Below are positions 18,961 through 28,097 of a stretch of 64,000 bases of DNA, piece by piece. Position numbers and translations under genes: made by a program. Position 1 is the first letter of the stretch; every line of letters begins with the position of its first letter. The notes under the pieces were generated by a model that was not told where the DNA came from, did no database searches, and worked only from the letters and a program-made list of their open reading frames with translations. Source of the DNA: Desulfatiglandales bacterium (GTDB taxonomy: Bacteria; Desulfobacterota; DSM-4660; Desulfatiglandales; HGW-15); contig CAXXJJ010000001.1 in assembly GCA_963667015.2 (NCBI GenBank), positions 2,656,001-2,720,000 of the forward strand, given 5' to 3'.

Positions 18961-20180
18961 TTTTTTACCGTGAATATAGTTACAGAGTTTTCAGGTTTTA
19001 ACATGTGGTACCCGGACAGGGAGTGCTGTCTTGATACGTGCATTTCAATAATATCAAATTCTCTGGCCTCGGACATACAAAAACTTCTTGCCGTCTCAAA
19101 GGCTTCCAGTGTGACTGTATTTATAACCATTACACCCTTATCCCTTAAAGCCTTATAGCTGAAGGTAAGAAGGGCAGACAGATCTTTACCTCCCCCTCCA
19201 AAAAAAATTCTATCAGGCAGGGGCAGGGACGGGCAGATGTTAATAGCATCTCCATGAACTGGAACAATGTTATGTGCATTGTGGCTTTCTTTGTTTTTAA
19301 TAACTCTGGTTATTCTTTCTTCGTTTTTTTCAATACAATATACATTTAACAGCGGATCGAGAAGGGCTGCTTCAATACCCACAGAACCGGAACCTGCACC
19401 AATATCCCACATTACCTCACTGTTTTTCAGCATAAGTTTTGAAAGAGTTACTGCCCTTACTTCAGGATGAGTTATCATATTGGCATCATGTTCAAATTCA
19501 TCATCCTCTCTCCCAAAATATGTATATGCTCCCGGTTTTAGAGGAGATGGATTTTCAAGAATCAGAAGGTTTGGAAAATTAAATGTATTATTGTAATAAA
19601 GCTTATCAAGAGTTCCACTCCTTATTAATTCATTTTCCAACCCCAGGCGTTCGCATATATGCCCATGCCATGAAACAGCCCATGGATATCTGGTTATCAG
19701 GTTTTTAATAACATCTCCAGGAGTATGATTTTCAGAAGTAAATATGACTGAAACATTATGGTAACATGCCTTTTCGAGGGTTTCCTTTTGCGATGCATGC
19801 CTGTTGATTACCAGAGTGTTGTCAGTTTTTAAACCGAGTCTTGAAAGGGCAGTTTGAATTGCCGATACCCCGGGGTAGACCTCTACCGAGTCAATACCAA
19901 ATTCTTTAATAAGCGTATTTCCAATTCCGTAAAGAAGAGGATCTCCGCTTGCAAGAACTGAAGTGCTTAAACCCTTTTCCATGTGCTGATTAAGGGCATT
20001 GAGTAAACCCTGGATATCATGTGTTATGGGAATTTTTATTCCTTTGAAATCTGCAAAACTGTCCAGGTGCCTTTTCCCTCCTGCAAGAACATCGGAAGAG
20101 TATACAAGCTGTTTTTTCTCAGCAGCCATTTCCTTTGTACTGGCATCGAGGCCTATTATTTTTATTTTCATTTTTCCCAT
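18957..20180 (-). CDS. cbiET: Bifunctional cobalt-precorrin-7 C5-methyltransferase / 6B C15-methyltransferase
   Basis: LASGDPLLYGIG in N-half; ITHPEVR and WDIGAGSGSVGIE in C-half. Confidence 0.92.
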   Translation of the reverse strand: MGKMKIKIIGLDASTKEMAAEKKQLVYSSDVLAGGKRHLDSFADFKGIKIPITHDIQGLLNALNQHMEKGLSTSVLASGDPLLYGIGNTLIKEFGIDSVEVYPGVSAIQTALSRLGLKTDNTLVINRHASQKETLEKACYHNVSVIFTSENHTPGDVIKNLITRYPWAVSWHGHICERLGLENELIRSGTLDKLYYNNTFNFPNLLILENPSPLKPGAYTYFGREDDEFEHDANMITHPEVRAVTLSKLMLKNSEVMWDIGAGSGSVGIEAALLDPLLNVYCIEKNEERITRVIKNKESHNAHNIVPVHGDAINICPSLPLPDRIFFGGGGKDLSALLTFSYKALRDKGVMVINTVTLEAFETARSFCMSEAREFDIIEMHVSRQHSLSGYHMLKPENSVTIFTVKK

Positions 20181-21271
20181 TCTTTACAAAGCTTCTCATT
20201 ATAATCAAAAAGGCATATAGTGATATCTACCCTGTTATCACTCATGTTTCCAGCGTTTTTAACAGCCATAGCTCCCATCAGATCAATAAAAATATCCTTA
20301 TCCTTAAAATCGGATTCAAAGATTTGTCTGGCATTGTTTGCTGTTTTAACAAACTCGCCGAACATAGTTGAACATCCATTATCAAGGGCAACCTGGGAGA
20401 GAAAATCAAAATCGATCAGGCCTGATCTTGCGTGGGTATATTTCATGTTCATTGCCCACTTGCACAGCTTTCCGAAAAAGCATGAAAGGACAATATGTTT
20501 AAATCCTGTTTTACTTGCCTGTTTTAATGCATGAGAGAAGAAATCCGCTGTCTGGACAAAGCATTTTTGATCAAGCTCGGGATAGAGCTTTTGAGCCAGT
20601 TTTTCGCTCTTTCTACCGGTTGAAAGAACACATGTTTCCTGATTGTTGTACCTTGCTGATCTCAGGCATATATCTATCGTATCCTTGTAGCTTTTAGCTG
20701 AATAGGGCTTAACAATGCCGGTTGTACCCAGTACTGAAAGTCCTCCTGTAATCCCGAGCCTCGGGTTGAGGGTGTTTTTTGCAAGCAATTCACCGTCTTT
20801 TATGAACACTGTTACAGTTATTTCATAGGTCTTACCTTCAGGTATTCGCCGAATAACCTCGTGTTCTATCATCCTTCTGGGAACAGGATTAATGGCCGGT
20901 TCTCCTTCTTTTACAGGAAGGCCGGGCCTTGTTACTATTCCTACACCCTCACCACCCCTTATCAGTACCGTGCTTACCGGATGCGGCTTTACATATAACT
21001 GGGCACCTATCATTGCCCCGTGGGTTATATCTGGATCATCTCCTGCATCTTTGATAACAACAGCGCTCGCAATAAAATTTTCTTCACCTGACAGCCCTTT
21101 GCCTGTTTTATATACAGCTATAGATATTTCCCTTTCATTGTCAGGTAAATGAATTTTAACTGATTCAGGAGTCGATCCAAAAAATGTCTCAACAGCCGCA
21201 GCAGCAGCTGCAGCCGCACATGATCCGGTTGTTATCCCTTCTTTAAGCTTTTTCTTTTTATCAATGCCCAT
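20168..21271 (-). CDS. cbiD: Cobalt-precorrin-5B C1-methyltransferase
   Basis: GITTGSCAAAAA, KDAGDDPDITHG, AINPVPR, NPRLGITGGLSVLGTTG. Confidence 0.95.
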   Translation of the reverse strand: MGIDKKKKLKEGITTGSCAAAAAAAAVETFFGSTPESVKIHLPDNEREISIAVYKTGKGLSGEENFIASAVVIKDAGDDPDITHGAMIGAQLYVKPHPVSTVLIRGGEGVGIVTRPGLPVKEGEPAINPVPRRMIEHEVIRRIPEGKTYEITVTVFIKDGELLAKNTLNPRLGITGGLSVLGTTGIVKPYSAKSYKDTIDICLRSARYNNQETCVLSTGRKSEKLAQKLYPELDQKCFVQTADFFSHALKQASKTGFKHIVLSCFFGKLCKWAMNMKYTHARSGLIDFDFLSQVALDNGCSTMFGEFVKTANNARQIFESDFKDKDIFIDLMGAMAVKNAGNMSDNRVDITICLFDYNEKLCKEWEK

Positions 21272-21773
21272 GACTGTGTGAGTGTGAATGACCGTGGTGT
21301 TCAGAATAATGTTTTGCCTCTTCAGGGTCCATCTCTACAAATTCTCCCTGTCCTTCGGGAACAGGAAAGGAATGACGCGGGGCCAGCTTTAAATCCCTTA
21401 CATCGGGGAGTTCGGCAGACTCTTCTATTCGTTTATAAAGTATGTCAGCAAATACATCATCAAAGCCGAGCTGTTTTCCGTATACCAGTTTTATGTCCGG
21501 ATATTTTTTGGCTTCTTCCTGCATCATCTCGGGTATGTCCAGCCTGATGTGGAGCCCCATGTTTAAAAAATAGGGGATTACGGTAATCTCCTTTGCGCCA
21601 TCCTTAACACACTTTTCAAGTGTTTCCGGAAAGTGAGGTCCCAGCCTGGACATAAAGCAGCTTACAACCATGTCCAGGTTATATTTTTCCTTCAAGAGTT
21701 TCCCTGCCTGTTCCATGTCTTTGCCTGCCCCTGGGACACGGCTTCCATGACCTAATAAAATAATTGCTCTCAT
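21261..21773 (-). CDS. cbiX: Short-form CbiX/SirB cobaltochelatase with His-rich tail
   Basis: LGHGSR, PYFLNMGLHIRLDIP; C-terminus HHGHSHSHSHGH. Confidence 0.88.
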   Translation of the reverse strand: MRAIILLGHGSRVPGAGKDMEQAGKLLKEKYNLDMVVSCFMSRLGPHFPETLEKCVKDGAKEITVIPYFLNMGLHIRLDIPEMMQEEAKKYPDIKLVYGKQLGFDDVFADILYKRIEESAELPDVRDLKLAPRHSFPVPEGQGEFVEMDPEEAKHYSEHHGHSHSHSHGH

Positions 21774-22417
21774 TTCTTATTCTCCTCTATCGCAAGGATG
21801 GATATTGCATTTATCGCAGCAACCACAAAGGTGGTTCCGCCTCTCCTCCCGTCCATCAATATATATGGAATATCCATTTCCCTGATCATTTCCTTAGTTT
21901 CAACCACATTAATAAATCCCACTGGCATGGCTAATATTAAGGCTGGTACAATATTTTCTTCTTTTATCAGCCTCATGACTTCCCACAGTGCAGTGGGCGC
22001 GTTTCCAATACAGATTATGCCTCCATTAACCTTGTCCTTTAGAGATCTGAAATTAAATACAGAGCGGGGCAGTTTATGTTGTTTTGCAAGCTGCCCCACT
22101 TCTTTGTCCGCAATATTGCAGTAAATATTTCCATCCCTGTATGACGGGTGCAACCGGCTCAAACGTGCCCTTGAAATACCGCTTTTAAGCATTGTACTGT
22201 CTGTAATAATGGGTGCCCCGTTTTTCATGGCGTCAATCCCCTTTGATATTGCATTTTTATTAAACTTTACCAGCGGGAGTATGTTGAAATCCGCAGAGGC
22301 ATGTACCATACGCCTGATAACGGCCCATTCATAGGGTTCAAAGCCGTGATTCCCGGCCTCCCTGTCAATGGTATCCATACTCATCTGTTCTATTTTATCA
22401 CCTGTAACCAGATCCAT
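21770..22417 (-). CDS. cbiC: Cobalt-precorrin-8 methylmutase
   Basis: RRMVHASADF, IGNAPTAL, PVGFINV, GRRGGT. Confidence 0.93.
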   Translation of the reverse strand: MDLVTGDKIEQMSMDTIDREAGNHGFEPYEWAVIRRMVHASADFNILPLVKFNKNAISKGIDAMKNGAPIITDSTMLKSGISRARLSRLHPSYRDGNIYCNIADKEVGQLAKQHKLPRSVFNFRSLKDKVNGGIICIGNAPTALWEVMRLIKEENIVPALILAMPVGFINVVETKEMIREMDIPYILMDGRRGGTTFVVAAINAISILAIEENKK

Positions 22418-22429
22418 AATAACTCCCTT

Positions 22430-22792
22430 TTATTCTCCTTCAGGTACATAAACCATTGATCCATCCTCAAGACGATAGGCAATACCAAGGCGTTCACCCT
22501 GTCCTGATGCCTTTGACTGGGATACCTTCATTGTTTTGACCTTCTTGCCTTTTTTAGTAATGATCTCCATCTCACCGTTTTTTGACTGTTTCATGATTGT
22601 CAGCTCCGATGTCTGATCGAACAGATCCTGGAGATGATATGCACTGAATAGTGTCATGAGCAGTCCTACAATAAATACCAGTCCTATATCAAACAGGTTG
22701 GCAACACCGGTCATGGGGTCATCATCACTGAAGGCCTGGGCGCCCAGGCTTTTCCCTATTCTCATTGTTCGTCTTTTTTGAAGATACTTCAT
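22430..22792 (-). CDS. DUF2149 family protein (HmuV-like)
   Basis: DDDPMTGVANLFDIGLVF, GERLGIAYRLEDGSMVYVP; paralog of 8653..8994. Confidence 0.88.
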   Translation of the reverse strand: MKYLQKRRTMRIGKSLGAQAFSDDDPMTGVANLFDIGLVFIVGLLMTLFSAYHLQDLFDQTSELTIMKQSKNGEMEIITKKGKKVKTMKVSQSKASGQGERLGIAYRLEDGSMVYVPEGE

Positions 22793-23403
22793 TTCTTAAC
22801 CTTTTCTGTTTCGGAAATAAGAAATTCGGTTGCCAGTTCCATGTTTTTTACATCAACTTCTATCCAGCGGCGCTTTACCGTATAAAAAAAGAAGGAAGCT
22901 GTACCAATAGCAAGGCCTACAACTGTTGTTGTAAATGCAATAACAAGATCGGTTGTAAGCTTGGTCATGTCGCCCTGACCAAGTGCAGCCAGGCCCGTGC
23001 CCATTGGTATCAGCGTCCCTATGAGCCCGAGTGACGGAGCAACCCTTACAAGTATCCTGAGTTTGTCTATTGACTTCCACAATGCCATTGTTGTTTCCTG
23101 TAAAAGGTTCTCAATAGCTGCTTCTGCCTTGGTGTCTTTGAGATTGATCTCTTTCAGCGAACGGATATATTCACATACCCTGTGAGAAAGCATTCCCGAA
23201 GATGTTCCGTTTTTTAAAATATCAGGGAGATCCTGTGGTCGATACTTATCGAGTCTCATTATTTCTACCCATTCCGCAAAAAAAGATCCTGCGTACACTA
23301 TTATCAATAAGGTCAAAAAGACCAGAAGAAGTAAAACCGGATATAAAAGTGACGAAGATATCAGGTATATAAAGGCCTTAAGCATTGCCCCTATGTCCAT
23401 CAT
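22789..23403 (-). CDS. MotA/TolQ/ExbB proton channel family protein (HmuU-like)
   Basis: APSLGLIGTLIPMG, AFTTTVVGL; paralog of 8991..9632. Confidence 0.88.
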   Translation of the reverse strand: MMDIGAMLKAFIYLISSSLLYPVLLLLVFLTLLIIVYAGSFFAEWVEIMRLDKYRPQDLPDILKNGTSSGMLSHRVCEYIRSLKEINLKDTKAEAAIENLLQETTMALWKSIDKLRILVRVAPSLGLIGTLIPMGTGLAALGQGDMTKLTTDLVIAFTTTVVGLAIGTASFFFYTVKRRWIEVDVKNMELATEFLISETEKVKK

Positions 23404-24152
23404 ATAACTCTCCTTATTATTTGTTTTAGTTTGTAGGAAAAGCCGCTGACAAATGCCAGGGTTGTAATTAGTGCAAATGGTACAAGGTATAGAACTTCAT
23501 GGGATTTATTCTGTCCTTTGTACATTGCAAGGCGGTAGACTTTATCCAGGTCTGAAAAATTAGGCATAACAGTTACTGAAAGAAAAAAGTATACTGCTAT
23601 AAGCAGCATAATACCGCCAAGAAGTGATTCGGGCTGAAAATCCCGGGATTTCCTGTAAGTAGAGATTAAAATCATTGTGATAATATTTATTACCATAAAT
23701 GATGCATACAGGCCGGATACAACAATAAGGGGTGTGTTCGGGTAAAGCGTTATTAAAAACGAGGTGGAAACAAAAATTACTGTTACACATACAGGGCAGG
23801 GGAGGCTTAGAAGCATCCACCCTCTGCTTTTCTTATGCAGTGTACCCTTTCTGTGCCTGAGCAGCATAATTCCCCAGATCATCATAAACAATGCCATTAT
23901 CAGATGTATTGTCATGCCGGACCGGATAAACTGTTGTATCTTCATTAGATGAGTTACAGGATCAATCTTTTTTATAAAAACAAGGACTGCGAAAAAAATA
24001 ACCATATAGATCAAAGCAAAAAATAAAAACCCTGCGGACTTTGTTTTGATTTTATTGTTCCCGGAGAAAAGATAAGCCAGCCCCGCACCGCTTTTTATGG
24101 CGAAAATGCCGATACTTAAAAATACTCCAAGTATGAGACTTTGATATTCCAT
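23400..24152 (-). CDS. DUF2162 family membrane transporter (HmuT-like)
   Basis: FAIKSGAG and PCPVC motifs, multi-TM; paralog of 9622..10386. Confidence 0.85.
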   Translation of the reverse strand: MEYQSLILGVFLSIGIFAIKSGAGLAYLFSGNNKIKTKSAGFLFFALIYMVIFFAVLVFIKKIDPVTHLMKIQQFIRSGMTIHLIMALFMMIWGIMLLRHRKGTLHKKSRGWMLLSLPCPVCVTVIFVSTSFLITLYPNTPLIVVSGLYASFMVINIITMILISTYRKSRDFQPESLLGGIMLLIAVYFFLSVTVMPNFSDLDKVYRLAMYKGQNKSHEVLYLVPFALITTLAFVSGFSYKLKQIIRRVI

Positions 24153-24155
24153 GAT

Positions 24156-27100
24156 TTATTTCCTTTTCTTCCTCGATCCCCAGAAAAACAGTGCAATTAT
24201 AAAAAGAACAAACACTGATGCCGCCCACTGCATTCCTGAAGATGTAAGCTCTGTAGACTCATCCTGCGAATCTACATCCTCCATTTTGTATCCTTCAATC
24301 TGCTCGGAATCCTTCTTGTTATCCGGCTGACTTTTTGTTTCTTCATTCTGCTTGCCGGATTTATCACTTGAATCATTACTTGCTTTTTCAGGCCCCTTTG
24401 CAAGGGCTTTAAGCAGTTCTGACCTTTCTGTTACCTGATCCTCCAGGTCTTTTTTTGCGGCCTTTTCTATTGCCAGTTTGAATTTTTCAACCATTTCAGG
24501 GGAAAGCACACCGGGGAGAGATATAATATTAACAACCATCTGATTGAGCATTGGGTTATTACAGGTATGGTCACAGCAGGCCACGCCTTTCTCTACAACA
24601 TTAACCGCGTATTCGACAGCCAGTTTCTGTGTGACATTCTCCTCGGCATCCCAGTAATCTTTTCTTACTGCCTCAAGCATTCTTGCTGTCATTGATTGAT
24701 ATGCCCATGGGCTTGCCCGGTTAAAAAACTTTTTAAGCTCAAGATCATATTTGTCTTCAACATAAACCTCATAAACCTGTTCCCATTTATCTGCATCAAC
24801 AGCGTCCTTTACAGTTACCTGCCAGCCCCACAGGTTTTCAGCAAAATCAGCCATTTGTCTTGCTCCTGCATAATCATCCTTTTTCATACCTTCTACCCAC
24901 TGGGGGTTGAGATAACGGGTTCGCATCTCTCTGCCGATTGTCTTGGAAACATTCTCAACCATGATTTCATCTTTTTTGCGGTGCATGGTAACCATGGTGT
25001 CAGGAGCTTCGCCCTTTATATTTTTAACAGCAAGAGACATTCCACCAAGGTACATGAAGAAATCATCAGTATCTATAATACCGATAACGTTTGTTGAGCG
25101 TGAATGAACAGCTATATCTACTCCACGCAGGTTTTCGGTAAATGTATCCTTTAGGGGTACTGCCCATTCACCCTGGCCTACTGCAAACTGTGCCCTGTTA
25201 ACGTATATATTACTGATCTCTTCATCATTGTCCCACAGGCCTGAAGAAGATGTCATGTCATCCACACCATTACCATAGGAACCGGGTTTCTCTGTAAATA
25301 TCCTGAAGCGTGACCGGTAATCTGCATCCTTCTCACTCATACCTTTCTTCATAAGGGCTGTTTTTATGGTCTGAGTGTTTTTTGAAATAAGATTTTCAAT
25401 ATCTGTCTGCACCATGGCAAGCTGTACTGCTTCATCAAGATAAATAAGCTTATCCGGAAACATATCTCTGTACAACCCTGACGGCTGGACCAGTACATCG
25501 ACCCTTGGCCTGCCCAGCTCCTTTCCGGGTATAACCTCCATACCTTTTACTCTTTCCGTGTTATCATAGGTAGGCTTGATTCCCATGAGGTAGAGGATAG
25601 TACTCTCATTTACACCCTCATTACGTATGGTCTCGGTGGCCCAGAGTACAACTCCAACCTTTTCAGGGTATTTACCTTCCTTTTTCATTTTCTCTTCAAT
25701 CATCTGTTCTGCAGCGCGTTTTCCTATTTCCCATGCTGCCTTTGATGGGACCTTTGCAGGAGAAAATCCATAGAAATTTCTTCCGGTGGGTATTGCCGGA
25801 AGATTTCTGAGGGGATCATTTCCCTCTCCCGGTTCCACATATTCTCCTTTAAGTGCCCGTACAAGGCTGTCCATTTCCTTTATTGGGGAACCCTCAATAT
25901 TTTTCCTGACCTGTTCTTTATCCGCATCAGGGTTCTGCTGCATAATAAGCCGGATGGTTTCAGCAGCCACATCTTTATCATAGGGTTTTCCGTATGTATG
26001 AAGACCGTAGGGAAGGGAGTTATTATCTATTTCATGGAGATACAGATGGATTTTTTCCATTGCCTCTTCATTCAATTCTGTAATCTCAAGATCATTTGCA
26101 ATACCTGTTTTCCTTATAAGGTCTTCAACCTGTTTCAGATATTCGGGCACTGTTTCACTGCCATTTGACTTTGCTATCTCATATTTATGATAAAGATCAT
26201 GGAGGTCAGCATATTCATGGTAGAGGTCAGCCTCTTTCATGGGAGGTGTTAAATGATCAATAATAACGCCTCTGCCCCTGCGTTTCACGGCTATGCCTTC
26301 CCCGATATCATCTACAATGTAGGGGTAGATATTTGGTATAGCGCCTGTCATAATTTCAGGGGGATCAGAAGGGACAAGCCCTGCCTGCTTTCCCGGAAGC
26401 CATTCATATGTGGCATGTGTGCCCAGATGAATCATGGCATCAGCATTGAATTTTTTCGCCAGCCATAAGTAGGCCGCAATATACTGATGATGGGGATAGA
26501 GTGTTTTGTCATGGTAGAGCTTCATTGGGTCATCTGTCCAGCCCCTGGCAGGCTCGGGAAGAAGTATAATGTTACCAAGTCTTACCATGGGAAATATCAT
26601 TTCCCTGTTTTTTGTCATGATAAAGCAATCTTCAGGTTCTCCCCACTGTGCCAGTACCGGCTTTTTAAAGTCTTCAGGAAGCTCATTGAACCATTTTTTA
26701 TATTCATCAATGGAAACCCTGTCTACCTCCCCTGATGCCAGTAAAAGGTCAAGTTCGCCGGGCGCCCATGAGCCTATATTTCTTCCGCTGTTCAGGATCG
26801 TTTTCTTGATATATTCTTCGGTAATCTTTTCTTCCGATTCAATGGAATAGCCTTCTTCTTTAAGGCGGATAAGAATCTGTTTTATGCTCCGGAAAACATT
26901 AAGATAGGCTGCTGCTATATTCTGCTTACCCTGGCTGTGGTTATAATAGATAAGAGCCACTTTTTTGTCTTTGTTTTCCATGCGCTGGAGGGCGGAAAGC
27001 TTTTTTAACCTTTTTATGAGGAGGTCAATAGAATCATCTATTGTCTCATATATAAAGACATCACGGCCTGTGTTGTCTTCCTTTATTTTTTTCTTTCCAA

Positions 27101-28097
27101 TAATAACAGATGGTTCTATGGACCCTGAAAGTTCAGGCGTATCCACTGCCCATACTATTTCCATTGGGCTAAGACCCTGCTCGCTTTGCCTCCATTCCTC
27201 TATTGTTTCAGCGTATGGGTTAATCACATTAAATACCGGGACATTAAGGTCTTTAAGTGTATTGAGCACCTTATTATCTATTGCGGAAACAAATTTCAGG
27301 CTGAAGGAGAGTATCATATCAACAGGCACTTTGCCTCTGACAGGGTTCAGGAAACTTGAAAAAAGGGGCTGAACAGAACCAAAACAGGGCAGTACATTGA
27401 ATCCTTCGGACTCCAGCTTTTTTATTAATGCATCTATCGCCTCTATCTGCCCCTCCTTCAGGCTGTTGTTGTAATTCATTATGCCCACACAGGGTTTCGT
27501 CTGATCAAACCCTTTTCTCCCGGAGTACCAAGCCTGATAGTCATTAATATTATCAAACAATTTGGGGGCATCAGGATGGTGAATACAGTTTTCAGGGCGT
27601 ATCTCCACAGGTTCATATTTTATTCCTGAATCAATATGTCTGTTAACGGCCAGCCTCAGCATGTTAACCATATTATTAACAGTAAGATAATTGTAATATG
27701 CCATTATCTCTTTATCAAAAATAATCCCCTTGGGGCCAAGTACCTCTGGGTCACCGGCTGTACTCAGTGAATAGACCTTTTTACCGGATATTAAATTATT
27801 ATTTATAAGGTAATCGGGAAGCTCAGACATCATGGTATGCACAAAAACGATTTTTGATTCCGAAATAAACCCGGGCGTATCTTTATTATTATTCAGATCT
27901 TCAAGCGTGAAAAAACGTATTTTTATATCTTCAGGAAGGTCTGTTTTTGAAATTGCAAGGTTTACCTGATAAGTATTGCTGTCCAGCTCCAGGATAGAAA
28001 TGTTTTCTGCCTTCGTATTTGAAAAGATTGATAAAAACAACCATACCGGGAGTAGCGTAAGTGCAGTTTTACGTAATAACAGTTTCAGCATTATCAA
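24156..28097 (-). CDS. CobN/Mg-chelatase H family protein, exported and C-terminally anchored (BtuS/HmuS-like), paralog 3
   Basis: 1313 aa; HLGTHATYEWLPGK, PTGRNFY, HSRSTN, RYLNPQWVEGM, CCDHTCNNP; signal peptide and C-terminal TM helix. Confidence 0.9.
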   Translation of the reverse strand: MIMLKLLLRKTALTLLPVWLFLSIFSNTKAENISILELDSNTYQVNLAISKTDLPEDIKIRFFTLEDLNNNKDTPGFISESKIVFVHTMMSELPDYLINNNLISGKKVYSLSTAGDPEVLGPKGIIFDKEIMAYYNYLTVNNMVNMLRLAVNRHIDSGIKYEPVEIRPENCIHHPDAPKLFDNINDYQAWYSGRKGFDQTKPCVGIMNYNNSLKEGQIEAIDALIKKLESEGFNVLPCFGSVQPLFSSFLNPVRGKVPVDMILSFSLKFVSAIDNKVLNTLKDLNVPVFNVINPYAETIEEWRQSEQGLSPMEIVWAVDTPELSGSIEPSVIIGKKKIKEDNTGRDVFIYETIDDSIDLLIKRLKKLSALQRMENKDKKVALIYYNHSQGKQNIAAAYLNVFRSIKQILIRLKEEGYSIESEEKITEEYIKKTILNSGRNIGSWAPGELDLLLASGEVDRVSIDEYKKWFNELPEDFKKPVLAQWGEPEDCFIMTKNREMIFPMVRLGNIILLPEPARGWTDDPMKLYHDKTLYPHHQYIAAYLWLAKKFNADAMIHLGTHATYEWLPGKQAGLVPSDPPEIMTGAIPNIYPYIVDDIGEGIAVKRRGRGVIIDHLTPPMKEADLYHEYADLHDLYHKYEIAKSNGSETVPEYLKQVEDLIRKTGIANDLEITELNEEAMEKIHLYLHEIDNNSLPYGLHTYGKPYDKDVAAETIRLIMQQNPDADKEQVRKNIEGSPIKEMDSLVRALKGEYVEPGEGNDPLRNLPAIPTGRNFYGFSPAKVPSKAAWEIGKRAAEQMIEEKMKKEGKYPEKVGVVLWATETIRNEGVNESTILYLMGIKPTYDNTERVKGMEVIPGKELGRPRVDVLVQPSGLYRDMFPDKLIYLDEAVQLAMVQTDIENLISKNTQTIKTALMKKGMSEKDADYRSRFRIFTEKPGSYGNGVDDMTSSSGLWDNDEEISNIYVNRAQFAVGQGEWAVPLKDTFTENLRGVDIAVHSRSTNVIGIIDTDDFFMYLGGMSLAVKNIKGEAPDTMVTMHRKKDEIMVENVSKTIGREMRTRYLNPQWVEGMKKDDYAGARQMADFAENLWGWQVTVKDAVDADKWEQVYEVYVEDKYDLELKKFFNRASPWAYQSMTARMLEAVRKDYWDAEENVTQKLAVEYAVNVVEKGVACCDHTCNNPMLNQMVVNIISLPGVLSPEMVEKFKLAIEKAAKKDLEDQVTERSELLKALAKGPEKASNDSSDKSGKQNEETKSQPDNKKDSEQIEGYKMEDVDSQDESTELTSSGMQWAASVFVLFIIALFFWGSRKKRK

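Noticed and set aside
801..28097. Calling the three CobN-like genes aerobic cobaltochelatase cobN or Mg-chelatase bchH
   Set aside because: Signal peptides, C-terminal anchors, no partner AAA+ subunits and an anaerobic cbi pathway with CbiX/CbiK argue against it.
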